A stretch of DNA of 63,886 bases, counting the filler, from Asterionella formosa (Eukaryota): the NCBI GenBank assembly GCA_002256025.1. It is 7 parts of 7 records of this genome, joined end to end, with 100 filler letters (N's around TTAATTAATTAA, not from the genome) between each part and the next. Parts side by side here need not be neighbours in the genome. Positions count along the whole stretch, not along the records: positions 27,534 to 54,958 come from NKIB01001495.1; positions 55,059 to 56,744 come from NKIB01001496.1; positions 56,845 to 58,530 come from NKIB01001497.1; positions 58,631 to 60,316 come from NKIB01001498.1; 3 more parts are not named here. The stretch is one strand, 5' to 3'. Positions within the stretch are counted from its first letter, which is position 1. Each line of letters opens with the position of its first letter. A program made the position numbers and the translations under genes. Below the pieces are notes generated by a model. That model ran no database searches. It had not been told where the DNA came from and was given only the letters and a program-made list of their open reading frames with translations. This document shows, piece by piece, positions 48,414-60,416 of this stretch.

Positions 48414-49424
48414 TCATGTTAGTGGTCATTGAAGGTAATTGGGTTTTAATGACAATATCAGTCTAACAAATGCCTATTGCCCTACCGGTATGCTATGTAG
48501 CATTAGGAAATTTGTCAAAAAGTATGGCATGAGCAATGTCCCGAATGCAATTTGACAAAATTAAGTCGGACTGATCGATTTGGGGCAAGTTAATTTAGCT
48601 ATATCTATGTACATACGAAATAGAAGACTATTAGGAGTGCGTATTAATTATTATTATTCAGAGTCAAGTAATATGTAGTAAAGGATGAAAATTTCACGAT
48701 ATAAACCTCTGTTGCCTAAGTCACGACAAACCCTATCATCGCCGAACACAGAGAAAACGTTTACTATAACAAGGGCTGTTCCTATCATTTCGAATTTGCT
48801 GTATCATTTCCGGGTTGTGGGAAAAAAGTGACAGTGCATATCAAAACACGGAATCAATTTTGTATCATTGATACAAAATTGATACCCCTCCATAAGCAGT
48901 ATCAGTGATACTGATGTTTTCAGGCAATTATCATTTCTGTTGTCACTAATAAAAACCGAAAATACGCCTAAAGGGCACTACTTTTAATGGCATATATTAC
49001 TTCTATTTTATGGTGTGTACATCCAAGCAACACAATACATTTCATTATGTGGCACCAGAGAGAAACTAATATCTTTGTTTATTCTTGGTGACTTGCCGCT
49101 GGCTTACATCAGCCATCTTGTAACTCCCAAAAGTCTTTTTTACAACAGATCATGGATTCTCCCTGACAATACAAGCAACACAAATGGAACCAATCGAACA
49201 AACACATAAGGAACCAATCACACAAATGCAGATGAGGATTGTTGATGCTGTGACCACTGTCCACCAAGATTGACCCATCTCCCCAAAATACATACGAATT
49301 GTGGTTGGAACCAAATTAATTCCAGAAAAAGGGCCATTTTTTTAAAGTAGCAAAAACCTTCATTTTAGACATAAATTCGAAATAGTGCCGTACAGGGTCT
49401 TAGATGTACGGCATGATGTGATGA

Positions 49425-50305
49425 ATACTAAAATATACAATTGCTTTTTCTAAAAAAATTTATGAATTCAATCATTGACAGATCCTCAACCTTTGCTTCC
49501 TCTTTTTCTACAGTGTTCTTGCTCGAGATATCGTTGTAGACAATTTGTAGATGCTCCAAAAAGGAGAATCCATTGCGGCCCGCACATCTCAATTTCGAGT
49601 CACTATGGCAACATGCAATGAATGCTAAAATATTCAATTCCTGTTTCGAAACAAATTTACGAATTCAATCATTGACAGATCCTCAACCTTTGCTTCCTCT
49701 TTTTCTACATTGTTCTTGTTCGAGATATCGTTGTAGACAATTTGTAGACGCTCCAAAAAGGAGAATCCATTGCGGCACGCAGCACATCTCAATTTCGAGT
49801 CACTATGGCGACATGCAATGAATGCTAGAATATAAAATTGCTGTTTCGAAACAAATTTACGAATTCAATCATTGAAAGATCCTCAACCGTTGCTTCCTCT
49901 TTTTCTACTTTGTTTTTGCTAGATATCGTTGTAGACAATTTGTAGACGCTCCAAAAAGGAGAATCCATTGCGGCACGCACATCTCAATTTCGAGTCACTA
50001 TGGCGACATGCAATGAATGCTAGAATATGCAACAGCTGTTTCGAGACAAATTTACGAATTCAATCATTGACAGATCCTCAACTCTTGCTTCCTCTTTTTC
50101 TATATTTTACTTGCTAGAGTTATCGCTATAGACTTTCTGTAGCCGCTTCAAAAAGGAGAATGCCATTTCGGCATACACATCTCAATTTCGCGTCACCATG
50201 GCGACATGCGATAATACTATAATATGCAACAGCTGCTTCTGAACAGATTTACAAATTCAATTGTTAACAGATCCTCAACTTTTGCATCCTCTTTCCTATA
50301 TTGTA
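49425..50305. repeat. Tandem repeat with ~197-bp unit, about 4.5 copies
   Basis: The anchor (g/a)aattcaat(c/t) recurs at 49464, 49661, 49861, 50056 and 50253; the distal copies are more diverged. Confidence 0.95.
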
Positions 50306-50492
50306 CTTATGATCATTCATTTTTTAATATTCATGATATCATAGGGAATGGATTAGTGTTTAAACATGTAGCCTTTGTTCTGAGGTTGTGTTGTTTGATT
50401 CCCCAATTTTTGAGAAGGAATTGTTCGGTTCAACTCCGCCCACACTCCTTGTTTACCATCCCACACGGTCTTGACCGGTGTGCAACAAATAT

Positions 50493-50545
<53 letters not shown>
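50493..50545 (+). repeat. Poly-G tract
   Basis: Uninterrupted G run of about 53 nt. Confidence 0.9.
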
Positions 50546-52547
50546 CGGGGGTTTCGCGAAAGGTGGTTGAGGAAGCACCTACGCTAAAAAAACTAGGGAA
50601 GAACAGGTCTTGTTTGCAGGTAGCACAATGAAATACTTGCCTAGAAATAGGAGAGTACAAATGGGCTATAAAACATACAACATTTTAAATTAATGAACAA
50701 GCAAAGACCCCATTTTTATGTCTAACAAATTTTCATTGAAAGGCCAGATGGGGTTTAGAGGTTTTTCTAAAACACAAGAACAAATGGAAAAATGCATTCG
50801 ATTGGAGAAGAAGACCATGTATGGCACAATTCTTCAAGAGAATGTTTCAAAACCTAACCTTAGTTTGGATGAAAGAACAAGATCAGCCAGATAGACTATT
50901 AAAAATAGATTACAATATTACAAAGTGTAAAATGAAAATATGTTTTCAGCTTGAGTGATCTTAAAAGTAAGATCAGTGACATTTCAACTTGACAATTTAA
51001 CAAATGCATAGTGACAAATTTGACCCTATTCTGTCATTCAGCGGGAATTTATAGTAGGCAGCACCACAAAGTACTACAGTACTATACTATTCACTGCTCT
51101 GCAATGGACAAAAGTCATTGCTTTGTTTCAAGCACAATTTGGAACATCAGCGATTGAAAAATATTGAACAACATAATGGCGGATTGATGGAGTGAAAGAT
51201 ATTAGAGAAATTTTTATTACCAGTATTGGACTGCAATGTTCTGTTTACCATGAGATTATTCAGTTATGTTATGTTATGCTGGCCACATCTACCAATACAA
51301 CCACCTCAACCAAGTGCATCAAACGTATACTAGACATATTGTGCATCGAATCAGTATATTTCACATGTGAAGAGGAAGGGAATGGCCTTTGGAGATCCAT
51401 TCCAGTTTTCCAGTTTCATATTTATTTAGTTTATGACTTAAAACACCCTCTCTTCATATATAGTTGTACCCACACCATGCTCAGTGATTAAAAAACTTGG
51501 GCTCAATCTGCAACATCAGTTCGGCATCCTCCTAGGGAAAAGCTTTGACTGCAGATTCCACCGAATGCACGAAAAAAATCGAAGAGAGACTAACAGACCT
51601 TCTGAATTGACAACGTCAAGCGGATACAGTGGTTCAAATTTTGGAGGTCCGGCCGTCCAGGCTACGAAAACAACAGCAACAAGGAAAAGTTAGTGGACCA
51701 GGTTCAGCAAATACATCGCACAGTCGATACATTGGTTGCGGCTTAACTTAGCAAGGCATTCTTCAGGGTCTTAGCTATAGTTTCTAATCTAGCTACAGCT
51801 TTATCTCCAGCACTGTTATATCTACCGTCCCCACCACCATCGATAATTATCCCCCATCCACACATAAAAAGTTTTTGAAGTTTCTCCGCCAGTGTAAGGA
51901 TCAGTGCCAAAAACCTCACTATCCAAAGCTTTTGCTACAAGACTCCTATAAATTCCTGTCAGGTTCCTAAGGGAAGGAAACGAAAAAGCTCCATACCAGT
52001 TACTCCAAGTCAGAGCAGTCCTCCACCAGCTTACACTAATCCTAGACAACCAAGAGAAGCCCAGTATTCTGGCCCAAAATTTCTCGCAGCATTCAAACAA
52101 CAAACTCACATTTCTTCACCAGCTGGTTAAAAAACAAGGCGAAGGATTGAAACCTGCATCGAGAGCTCCATACTATAACAAATATCGACCTTTCCAACTC
52201 TCATTCAAAAGCTCATTTGTCAGAGTGTACCTGAAGGTTGGGTTGACACTCAGTGAACTCAGGTTTATTTTTCCAGGAAGCACCACATGGGCTCCTCTAC
52301 CAAATATAGAGTAGTTTTCTGGATACTTAATTTATTAATTGAATATAATGACTGTAGAAATAGGCAAATGCAAATGGGCCATAAAACATACTAATATTAT
52401 TTAGTATGTAAATTAGTCTACATTGTAGATTGATAATTTCCACATTGGGGGTGGTTCAATTTGCCAGATCGACCCTCACAATCAGAGAAATCAAAACCAA
52501 CCACACAGGTATTCCACAGCTTGCAGCAAAGATTCCGATAGATCAGA

Positions 52548-53447
52548 TCAATCCCCTTCACCCTCAGTCAAATAGTGTACTGGTACATAATATGTAAAGA
52601 AGCCCACAACACTCGGATTCAGAACAACATGCAATATTAGCATTTCATTTTCCACCATACATAACAGGGAAGAACTTACAGTCCGACTCATAGTGGCCTG
52701 CCATTGCAAACATGTCGATAACTTTTTTGTGTCGACTTTCAGAATGCAGGTCGCTGACTCATTCTGTGACTTGCAATCATCAAACTTGGGTGCAAGCTTG
52801 GTAAAGAACGTCCGAATTGCCGCTCCATCGCTGTCCACTCTCAATGTGAGGGCGCCTGACATACTACCTTCGATGTACACATGCGGCGATATACTCTTTA
52901 GTCGTTCCACGATGGTTCGCAGAGGTCTATCACCGGATAATTCGAGTTGTACATCGGGCATGTTAATTTGAGGTGGCAGATGTGATTCCATTTCGGCGGC
53001 TCGCAAAATTCGAACAGGAATGGCGTGATGGACCTCGACGGTCGCATTCGATGCATCCATACAGAGACAGGGGAGACCACCTTGGCGTTTGGCAAGTTTC
53101 ATGATTATCCGAGATGATTCCGCCATGCGCACATCGTCTTGAGTGCGTCCTCGCCGCACTTCACCCTCGCCAGATAAAATGCTTTGTAAGGCCGTCCGCC
53201 ATTGAATCAAGTCAATTTCAAATAGAATAGCGTTGTCTGCCACAGACTCACACCGGTGTTCGATAAAGATCCCACCACAAGTTGTCAATTCGGCAAAGCA
53301 CGAAATGCCGTCGGCGTCGCGTGTCGACAATCGAAGGTGCTTGAGATCAATGTATAGGACCGCATCGGATTTGAGACGAGAAATGGGGCCGATGAGAGAA
53401 TAAAGGAGTGAAACCTGCTCGGTATCGAGTTTGGCCTTGAATCTCAT
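52548..53447 (-). CDS. HUS1: Checkpoint clamp (9-1-1) subunit HUS1
   Basis: Starts MRFKAKL; ESVADNAILFEI, MKLAKR...LPCL, VHHAIPVRIL, IVERLKSIS and terminal TYYVP; about 299 aa. Confidence 0.88.
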   Translation of the reverse strand: MRFKAKLDTEQVSLLYSLIGPISRLKSDAVLYIDLKHLRLSTRDADGISCFAELTTCGGIFIEHRCESVADNAILFEIDLIQWRTALQSILSGEGEVRRGRTQDDVRMAESSRIIMKLAKRQGGLPCLCMDASNATVEVHHAIPVRILRAAEMESHLPPQINMPDVQLELSGDRPLRTIVERLKSISPHVYIEGSMSGALTLRVDSDGAAIRTFFTKLAPKFDDCKSQNESATCILKVDTKKLSTCLQWQATMSRTVSSSLLCMVENEMLILHVVLNPSVVGFFTYYVPVHYLTEGEGD

Positions 53448-53957
53448 GGTCAAGGGAGTTTAGGAAAGACCAACAAACGGTGATGAAAGGTTGAACAATC
53501 GATGGCGGGAACTATTATGTGGGACTGCTGTGATGGTGGATTATTACAGGTACTCACCGGTACTATTGGTACAGGTACATGAAATAGACTACCGGTACCC
53601 CTGGTACCTGGTATCATATGACATACATACACACATATATCGTTGTCGTGCCTTGTGCACCTGGTACTTGGCACTAGGCTATCGTACCAGTACCAGGTCC
53701 TTCGGAGACTGCATACCTGGTACTCCTACCAGGTATGACAAGATACCCGGTAGAATAGAACCAAGAACCAAGTACTGGTACCAGTACATGGCTATCTATA
53801 ACCCTACCAATGCTACTTCAACTGTTACCATTTACTGACACTACCAGCTATATTTAGTTTTTTCTTACCTAATTGATGTTCTCAAATGCACTACTAGAAG
53901 GCTTCATCTCCTGAACCTAACAGGATCTTGGTCTTATATAGACTGCCATTGGATTGG

Positions 53958-54958
53958 TTAGAGGTAATCAGGTTCCAGGATAACTGGGGTTCCTACAACA
54001 TTGTCCTTTGTAGGAATCTTGGTTGGGATCCTTGTAACTGGGGCCTTTGTAGGAATCTTGGTTGGGATGCCAGCAACAGGTGCCTTTGTGGGAATCTTGG
54101 TTGGGATGCCAGCAACAGGTGCCTTTGTGGGAATCTTGGTTGGGATGCCAGCAACAGGTGCCTTTGTGGGAATCTTGGTTGGGATGCCAGCAACAGGTGC
54201 CTTTGTAGGAATCTTGGTTGGGATTCCTGTAACTGGGGCCTTTGTAGGAATCTTGGTCGAGACAATTTCTTTCTTAAGAATCAAATCTATCCATTCTGAG
54301 GCACATCCAGTTAAGTAATGATCAGAATCACTCCATCCAGAAATTGACTGAAAAGGATCCCAGTAGGCAACACCAAATTTATAGGTCCCTCCAGCAGTAA
54401 GTTGGATATCTGTCCTTTTGGATTTTGTAGCCAGCAATCTAGAAAACTCGAAAATGTACTTTCCTGGTTGGCCTTGGATTGGATTCGTGTGATCCCATGC
54501 TCCCTCCCACTCATTACCTGCGAGGAGACCGTCGTTGTCATCGAATCTACAATATGGACTGACTCCGTACTCGTCGTCTTTGTTAGCAATTAAATCATCG
54601 CCGGTACCACCTGTAACATTCAAGAAGTACGTCACCTTTCGTGTTGTGGTACTTAGTTCCCAGTGAGCTCCGATGTCGACAATGTAGTTGTCACAGCTTG
54701 CTGGAATACCAGCAGCACACCCATCGCCAGCATCAGGGCATCCTCCCATGTCGAGTAAAGGTCGCATCACTGCCAATCTTAAACATGGTAGCAATAGCAG
54801 CACACTTCTTATTGGTTGTTGCATTGAAGCGGTAGTCTCCAGGTATTTCCATTGCAAAGTAGATTTTTTTATCATCATAGGAGCACTTAAAGCCAGCGTT
54901 CCCATCAGGATACGGAGTAAACCCGCCTATCTGGTACATCGTTGTGTCCATTCTAGTC
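53958..54958 (-). CDS. EB_dh/DOMON-like (putative heme-binding) extracellular protein with PTKAP mucin-like tail; 5' truncated, one frameshift
   Basis: One frame reads IYFAMEIPGDYRF...CAAIATMFKIGSDATF and shifts near 54756 into LDMGGCP...VDIGAHWE...SPYCRFDD...NEWEGAWDH...YIFEFSRLL...AYWDP. Confidence 0.65.
54006..54258 (-). repeat. Coding minisatellite with 39-bp unit (TKIPTKAPVAGIP), ~6.5 copies
   Basis: Near-identical units visible in both DNA and translation. Confidence 0.95.
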
Positions 54959-55058
54959 NNNNNNNNNNNNNNNNNNNNNNNNNNNNNNNNNNNNNNNNNN
55001 NNTTAATTAATTAANNNNNNNNNNNNNNNNNNNNNNNNNNNNNNNNNNNNNNNNNNNN

Positions 55059-56744
55059 ATTGATAGAAAAAGTAATCTGAAGTAATCACAACATTGAAAG
55101 GGGTTAATCTGAAAGTAGATTAAAGTGTTGTCGAAAACTAGCTAGTGGAGAACTAGTAGTACTGGACACTAGTTGTGTAAGTACTATCAAGTAGATCTGG
55201 AACATCTCAACACGTTTTTAAAAACAATTGCTTGTGGAAGTTAAGGTCACAAAGACAAGAAGTGATTGTGCAAAGGATGAGTGAAGCAAGTTGGTCAGAG
55301 AAAGAAGATTTGACAAAAGAAGAGATGTAGTTGGTGAGACAAGATGATGAAGCAAAGCATTTTCTTATTTTGTCATGCAGAGGTGACGCTTTTGCAATCA
55401 TTGAATCATATGAAACAGCATACCAAATGTTTCAAGCTCTCAAGGACCGGTACAACTCAAAGAAGACAAAAGATTTGGAAAAAGCAACAACCAAGCTTGA
55501 AAAGTGTTACATGAAATCAGACATAGATGATCCCTACCTTTGGATTGTCGAAATGGAACGATTGAACAGAGAAGTGGAAAAGTGCGAAAATGGATCAAGA
55601 CGCAGTGAAGAGCAAATGCAAGCAACTATATTAGCAAGACTACCAAAACGAAGATATGAATCAGTGATTTCATCTCTAAATGGAAAGATTGGTACAAAAG
55701 GATTTGACAATAAGGACTTCATTGCTGAGATCATTGGCTGGCCATTATGAGATGTTTGCGGAGCCATTCAAAAATCGTCAAAATCGCGAAAATCAAGATC
55801 AAAGAGAGAACAAGGAAAGAGGAAAGCATCTGGCTCTGAATACTACAAGTGGAAAAGGTGCCTGGAGAACTTTAAAGGTAAATGCAACAAGTGTGGAAGA
55901 CAAGGCCACAGAGCAAGAGACTGCAGAAGCAATGGCAACAGCAACAACAGTGGAGAGAAAGACATTGAAAAACCGAAGGTGAAGTGCTACAGTTACGGCG
56001 GATTTGGTCACATTGCAAGAGATTGTCCAAAGAAGGAAGAGTCTGGTATGTTTGTTGGTATGACAATCCGTGGAGCTGATATCCGGGAGGATGATGTCAA
56101 GAAGAATCAAGATGCTAAATCAGAGTATTTTGACACAAATAAATTTGCAATTGAACTTTTGCAAGAAATTGCAGACTATAACAGGAAGAAGAGAAGTGTC
56201 TTGAAAGACATAAGAGAATTTAAGTGGAAACCAAGAAAATACAACAAGTTCCAACAAGTGATAAGCCAAAAGAAGAAAGTAGAGAAAAAGACCATGAGCT
56301 GGGCTGATATGTGTGAGACAAGTGATGAGGAGGAATATGACAATGTCGACGAAAATGAGAACAGAGGAATTGTTGATGAGAAAGAAATTATTTACCAGAT
56401 GGAAAAAACAAGCCATGGAGCAGAATGGATGTGGGATGAGGACGTTTTTGTTACAAATTCATTGAAAACCATGAGCCCTGTCACAGAGAGTGGACATAAA
56501 AGCTGGCTTGTTGACTCAGGAGCAACAACTCATGTGTCCATCAACACTATAAAAATGAGTAATTTGCAGACTGAGCATGTGAGGGTTGGAAGCAATGAAA
56601 CCCTTAAGGCAACAGCAATTGGTGATTTAACTCTGGAGCAGAAGGACACATAGAAAACACTGAAATTGGAAAAAGTGATGGTTGTTCCCGGTTTTGCTCG
56701 AAATTTGATAAGTGTTGGCAGGTTGACAGAGAAAGGAAACCAAT
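55059..56744 (+). mobile_element. Degenerate Ty1/copia 5' part (probable LTR end, gag, protease)
   Basis: Putative LTR end TCAACA at 55212; gag DDPYLWIVEMERL; knuckles CNKCGRQGHRARDC and CYSYGGFGHIARDC; protease WLVDSGATTH; stops and frameshifts. Confidence 0.88.
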
Positions 56745-57353
56745 NNNNNNNNNNNNNNNNNNNNNNNNNNNNNNNNNNNNNNNNNNNNTTAATTAATTAA
56801 NNNNNNNNNNNNNNNNNNNNNNNNNNNNNNNNNNNNNNNNNNNNCCTTCATGTTTGTTGCTGATAGGATCTAGGATTTTCTAGTAAACCGGGGGTTACTA
56901 ATGGATAGTTGTTTTTCTTTCGTTGGTGCCCTGGTAGTGAGAAAAAGTAATCATCCTGACTAAATATCGTTCTTGTCGATAATCAGATCCTAGTAAGAGG
57001 TACTCGGAGTACATGTCTAATAGATTCAAGAATCTATATATACACATGTGTGTATTGCTGACAGGACTGCAACTACACATCGGTACAAATATATTTATGT
57101 ATGTAGTTTTCGATACGTTTGGACGATTCGTCATGATTGTGTGACAAGAATGCGAAGCATTGTTTTCTTACCAAAAACGACAATCATCATCATATGTACT
57201 GTATCTACCGGAATATCACGTCTAAAAATAAAGTGTAAATCTATAAAAAGCTAATAATGCCTGCTACATACACGATGCTGTGCATTCAGCTACTATAAAT
57301 ATATACAGCCAAATATCGTAACTACAGAACATATTTATAGACATCATACCTGG

Positions 57354-58530
57354 TGTTGAAAGGTCTCGTACTCCTTCCCGTCTGACGGGTTCCTCTTACG
57401 TAGAACTTACCTGTTATACCACTAGTATTGTTATCTTCTTTCTGCTGCTAGCCTTCGTGCTAGTTTTCGCTATTGACCTTACTCTGTCAATTCTCACTGT
57501 TTCTTAATTATAAGATTAAACTAAAACTAAGTTTCAATCCCATTCATCACATTTCGAGAACCTGTTCTTCGTGTTCCCTTTTCGTTGATGTAAACCTTCT
57601 TCTGATTGATCTAAGACATCAATCTCGTTAGCAAGCTTCTTGACATGGGAACGCACCATTTGACTCATTGGACTATAGTCGAGTCCACAGTCCTTGTGAC
57701 TCATTATAGCCATTGATGCTATATTCTTGACATCCTCCTCGTTACCATGTTCAAGAAGTTCTAAAATTGTACCACTCAGCACGGGTCCAGATAACCTTGT
57801 AAAAATCTGCTCTTTGACATTCTTTGTCAAAATGTCTGCTGGATTGTTTTCTGATCTTAGAAAAACAATATGCAACTCACCCTCATCTATCATGTTCTTG
57901 ACATGATGAAACTTAATATCAATGTGTTTTGTTCTTGTTCCAAGTTGTTGATTCTTCGCTGTGAATATTGCACCTGTATTATCCTCACGTAAAATGCTTG
58001 GTAGGATATTTTTGCCACCTGTCACTTCGTTGAGTAACATTGCAATAAATTTAATCTCTTGAGCACATTGCGACATTGCAACGTATTCTGCTTCTGTGCT
58101 TGATAGCGTAACGGATGACTGGCCCTTTGATTGCCAACTGATCAACGCACCACCAATGGTAACCAGAAAACCCGTAGTACTTTTCCGGCTTACCTTATTA
58201 GCAGCCCAGTCACTATCAACATAAGCAATAACCCGTAATTCCTTAGGTTTTCGAATCTTGAGAACTCTGTCCAATTTGCTTGATAAGAATCCAACAACTC
58301 GTGAAATTCCATCCCAGTGTTCTTCGCCTGGACAGCTTAAATACGAAGATAATTCACGTACTGCATTGGCACAGTCCGGGGAATCTTTCTTAGTAGACCA
58401 TAATAATTTCCCAACAATCTTGCGATATTCCGCCTCCATAATAGTTTCTCCATTATTGGCTCCTAATGTTTTTCCTGGTGCTCCTGGTGTCGCATAAGAC
58501 TTTATCTTCTTCCCAGTAAGCATTTCATAT
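57354..58530 (-). mobile_element. Ty1/copia 3' end: RT C-terminus, RNase H, PPT and 3' LTR (57354-57732)
   Basis: YRKIVGKLLW, YVDSDWA...RKSTTG, SSTEAEY, EDNTGAI, TKHIDIKFH and NPADILTK. Purine tract GAGGAGGA abuts a 379-bp TG...CA LTR. Confidence 0.95.
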
Positions 58531-58630
58531 NNNNNNNNNNNNNNNNNNNNNNNNNNNNNNNNNNNNNNNNNNNNTTAATTAATTAANNNNNNNNNNNNNN
58601 NNNNNNNNNNNNNNNNNNNNNNNNNNNNNN

Positions 58631-60316
58631 TAGCTGACTCGCTGGAAGAGGACCTGGAGGATGTAATCGAGTGTTCACATTCACTTGAAAACCCCACCAG
58701 TTACCACCAGGAAAGGTTGGATGGTATGGCCAAGAAGTTCACTACAACATGTCACCAGGTGGCAGAGGACCTGAACCTCCACCAACGGGTGGCGGGACAA
58801 AACCCACCAAGAGTGACAGAACAGAGACCCGAAGGAGGATCTTCCGGGAAACCCGGAGGGCGGAGTCGCGAGGAGACCGTGAAGATGTAGCACAGCTTGG
58901 GGACATGTACAAGACTGCCAAAGAAAGGGCGCGGAAGGTGATCCGCCTCTCGGGTAGGCGGGCATGGTATAAGGCAATTAGGGAGGCTCACGTCAATATG
59001 CGCAAGAAACCTCGCCACTATTGGCGGTGGGCCTCAGCGACGGCAGGATGGCGCCAGAAGAGCAGCATCGACTGCCCTTTACTCGGACCCCTGCAGACTG
59101 TTGCGAGGTGTGCGGCAGGGTTGCTCTCTTTCGCCTATACTGTTCAACATCTTCATTGATGACTTGGCAGTGGGGACGGAGGAGAGCGGTGCCCTGGTAC
59201 CAACTGGGGACAGTCGCACATGGCGGAACTCCACACCCACACTGACAGTGGGATGTACCCTCTTTGCTGATGATGCGGCCGGAATCTGCCCCTCCCTGGA
59301 GGCGGCCAAACGGTTCTGTACGCACGTTACCAACTGGGTTACAGCTAACGAGATGAGTGTGGGCATAGGGAAGTGCGGGCTGATGGAATTCCTACCGCCA
59401 GACCCAGGTTCGGCCACCGAACCGCTTGTCCCTGGACAAGATGTGGCTGGACTGGAACTGGAGGGACTTCCACTCCCTGTTGTGGACAGATATATGTATC
59501 TGGGTGTCCTCATGACACCAGGTCTGTCTATCTCGTCTATGGTGGACCATAGAGTCAAGCAAGGGCGGGCCACAGTTGCCACCTTGGTACCGTTTCTACG
59601 GTGCCCGGTGGTACCAATGGCCATGCGTTTGCTGACTGTTGCAGGAGTAGTTGCCCCCCGCCTCCTTTTTGGGGCTGAGCTGTATGGTATGAACCGTCAC
59701 CTTACGGACAAAATGCAGGTTCTTCTGAACCGATGCCTTAGGGCTAGCATTGGAGCCAGGAGGGCAGGGGGTGTGCCATCAGTAGGCCTTTGGAAGGAGG
59801 CACGGATGTTGCCAATGTGTGCCTTGGCGGGTGCCCGACGGGCCAGAGCTTATGCCAAGGCCTCGGGTCTCAAAACCTGGCTTCAGGAATTGGTCCTAAG
59901 ACCATTCCGAAGTCAGAAATGGACATGGTGCTCAGGGGGTCCGCGCTGGCTGAAACGCTATGCGCTCCCCCATGCACCGGTGTCTATTGTGGAGAGGTAC
60001 TTGGGTGCTGGATGGCAGAGCCTGGAACCAAAGGTACTGGCTGAGGTAGTGAAAGCATGCATCTTGGAGAGAGAGTGTGGGATCCGACGGAACTTGACTC
60101 GTCCGTCGGGGGCCCGCACAGTGTGGTATGAGGGAGCCGGATTTGACAAGCATCCACTCACACGGTCACGTGTGGGGGGCAGTCCCAACGACCAAGCAGG
60201 ACTGGCTTTGATAGTTCGGTGTCGGATTGGGGCATTTGTAACTGTCCCCACCTTGGTGGGGTGGAAGCGAATGCCTCATAGGTATTTGAGGAAGTGTCCA
60301 TTTTGTGGTATGGATG
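58631..60316 (+). mobile_element. Non-LTR retrotransposon (LINE-type) RT fragment with internal deletion
   Basis: RGVRQGCSLSPILFNIFIDDL, LFADD, KCGLM, YMYLGV and C-terminal CPFCG. Visibly GC-richer than the host sequence. Confidence 0.9.
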
Positions 60317-60416
60317 NNNNNNNNNNNNNNNNNNNNNNNNNNNNNNNNNNNNNNNNNNNNTTAATTAATTAANNNNNNNNNNNNNNNNNNNNNNNNNNNN
60401 NNNNNNNNNNNNNNNN

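Noticed and set aside
49425..50305. CRISPR-like array (also considered for 54006-54258 and the CCWGG arrays)
   Set aside because: Units are contiguous without unique spacers, there are no cas genes, and the context is eukaryotic.
50224..50660. Poly-Gly and poly-Pro ORFs
   Set aside because: They are products of the G homopolymer, whose length may itself be an artefact.
39528..53447. WEE1 and HUS1 as a checkpoint gene cluster
   Set aside because: They are separated by unrelated genes and a gap; two genes do not show functional clustering.
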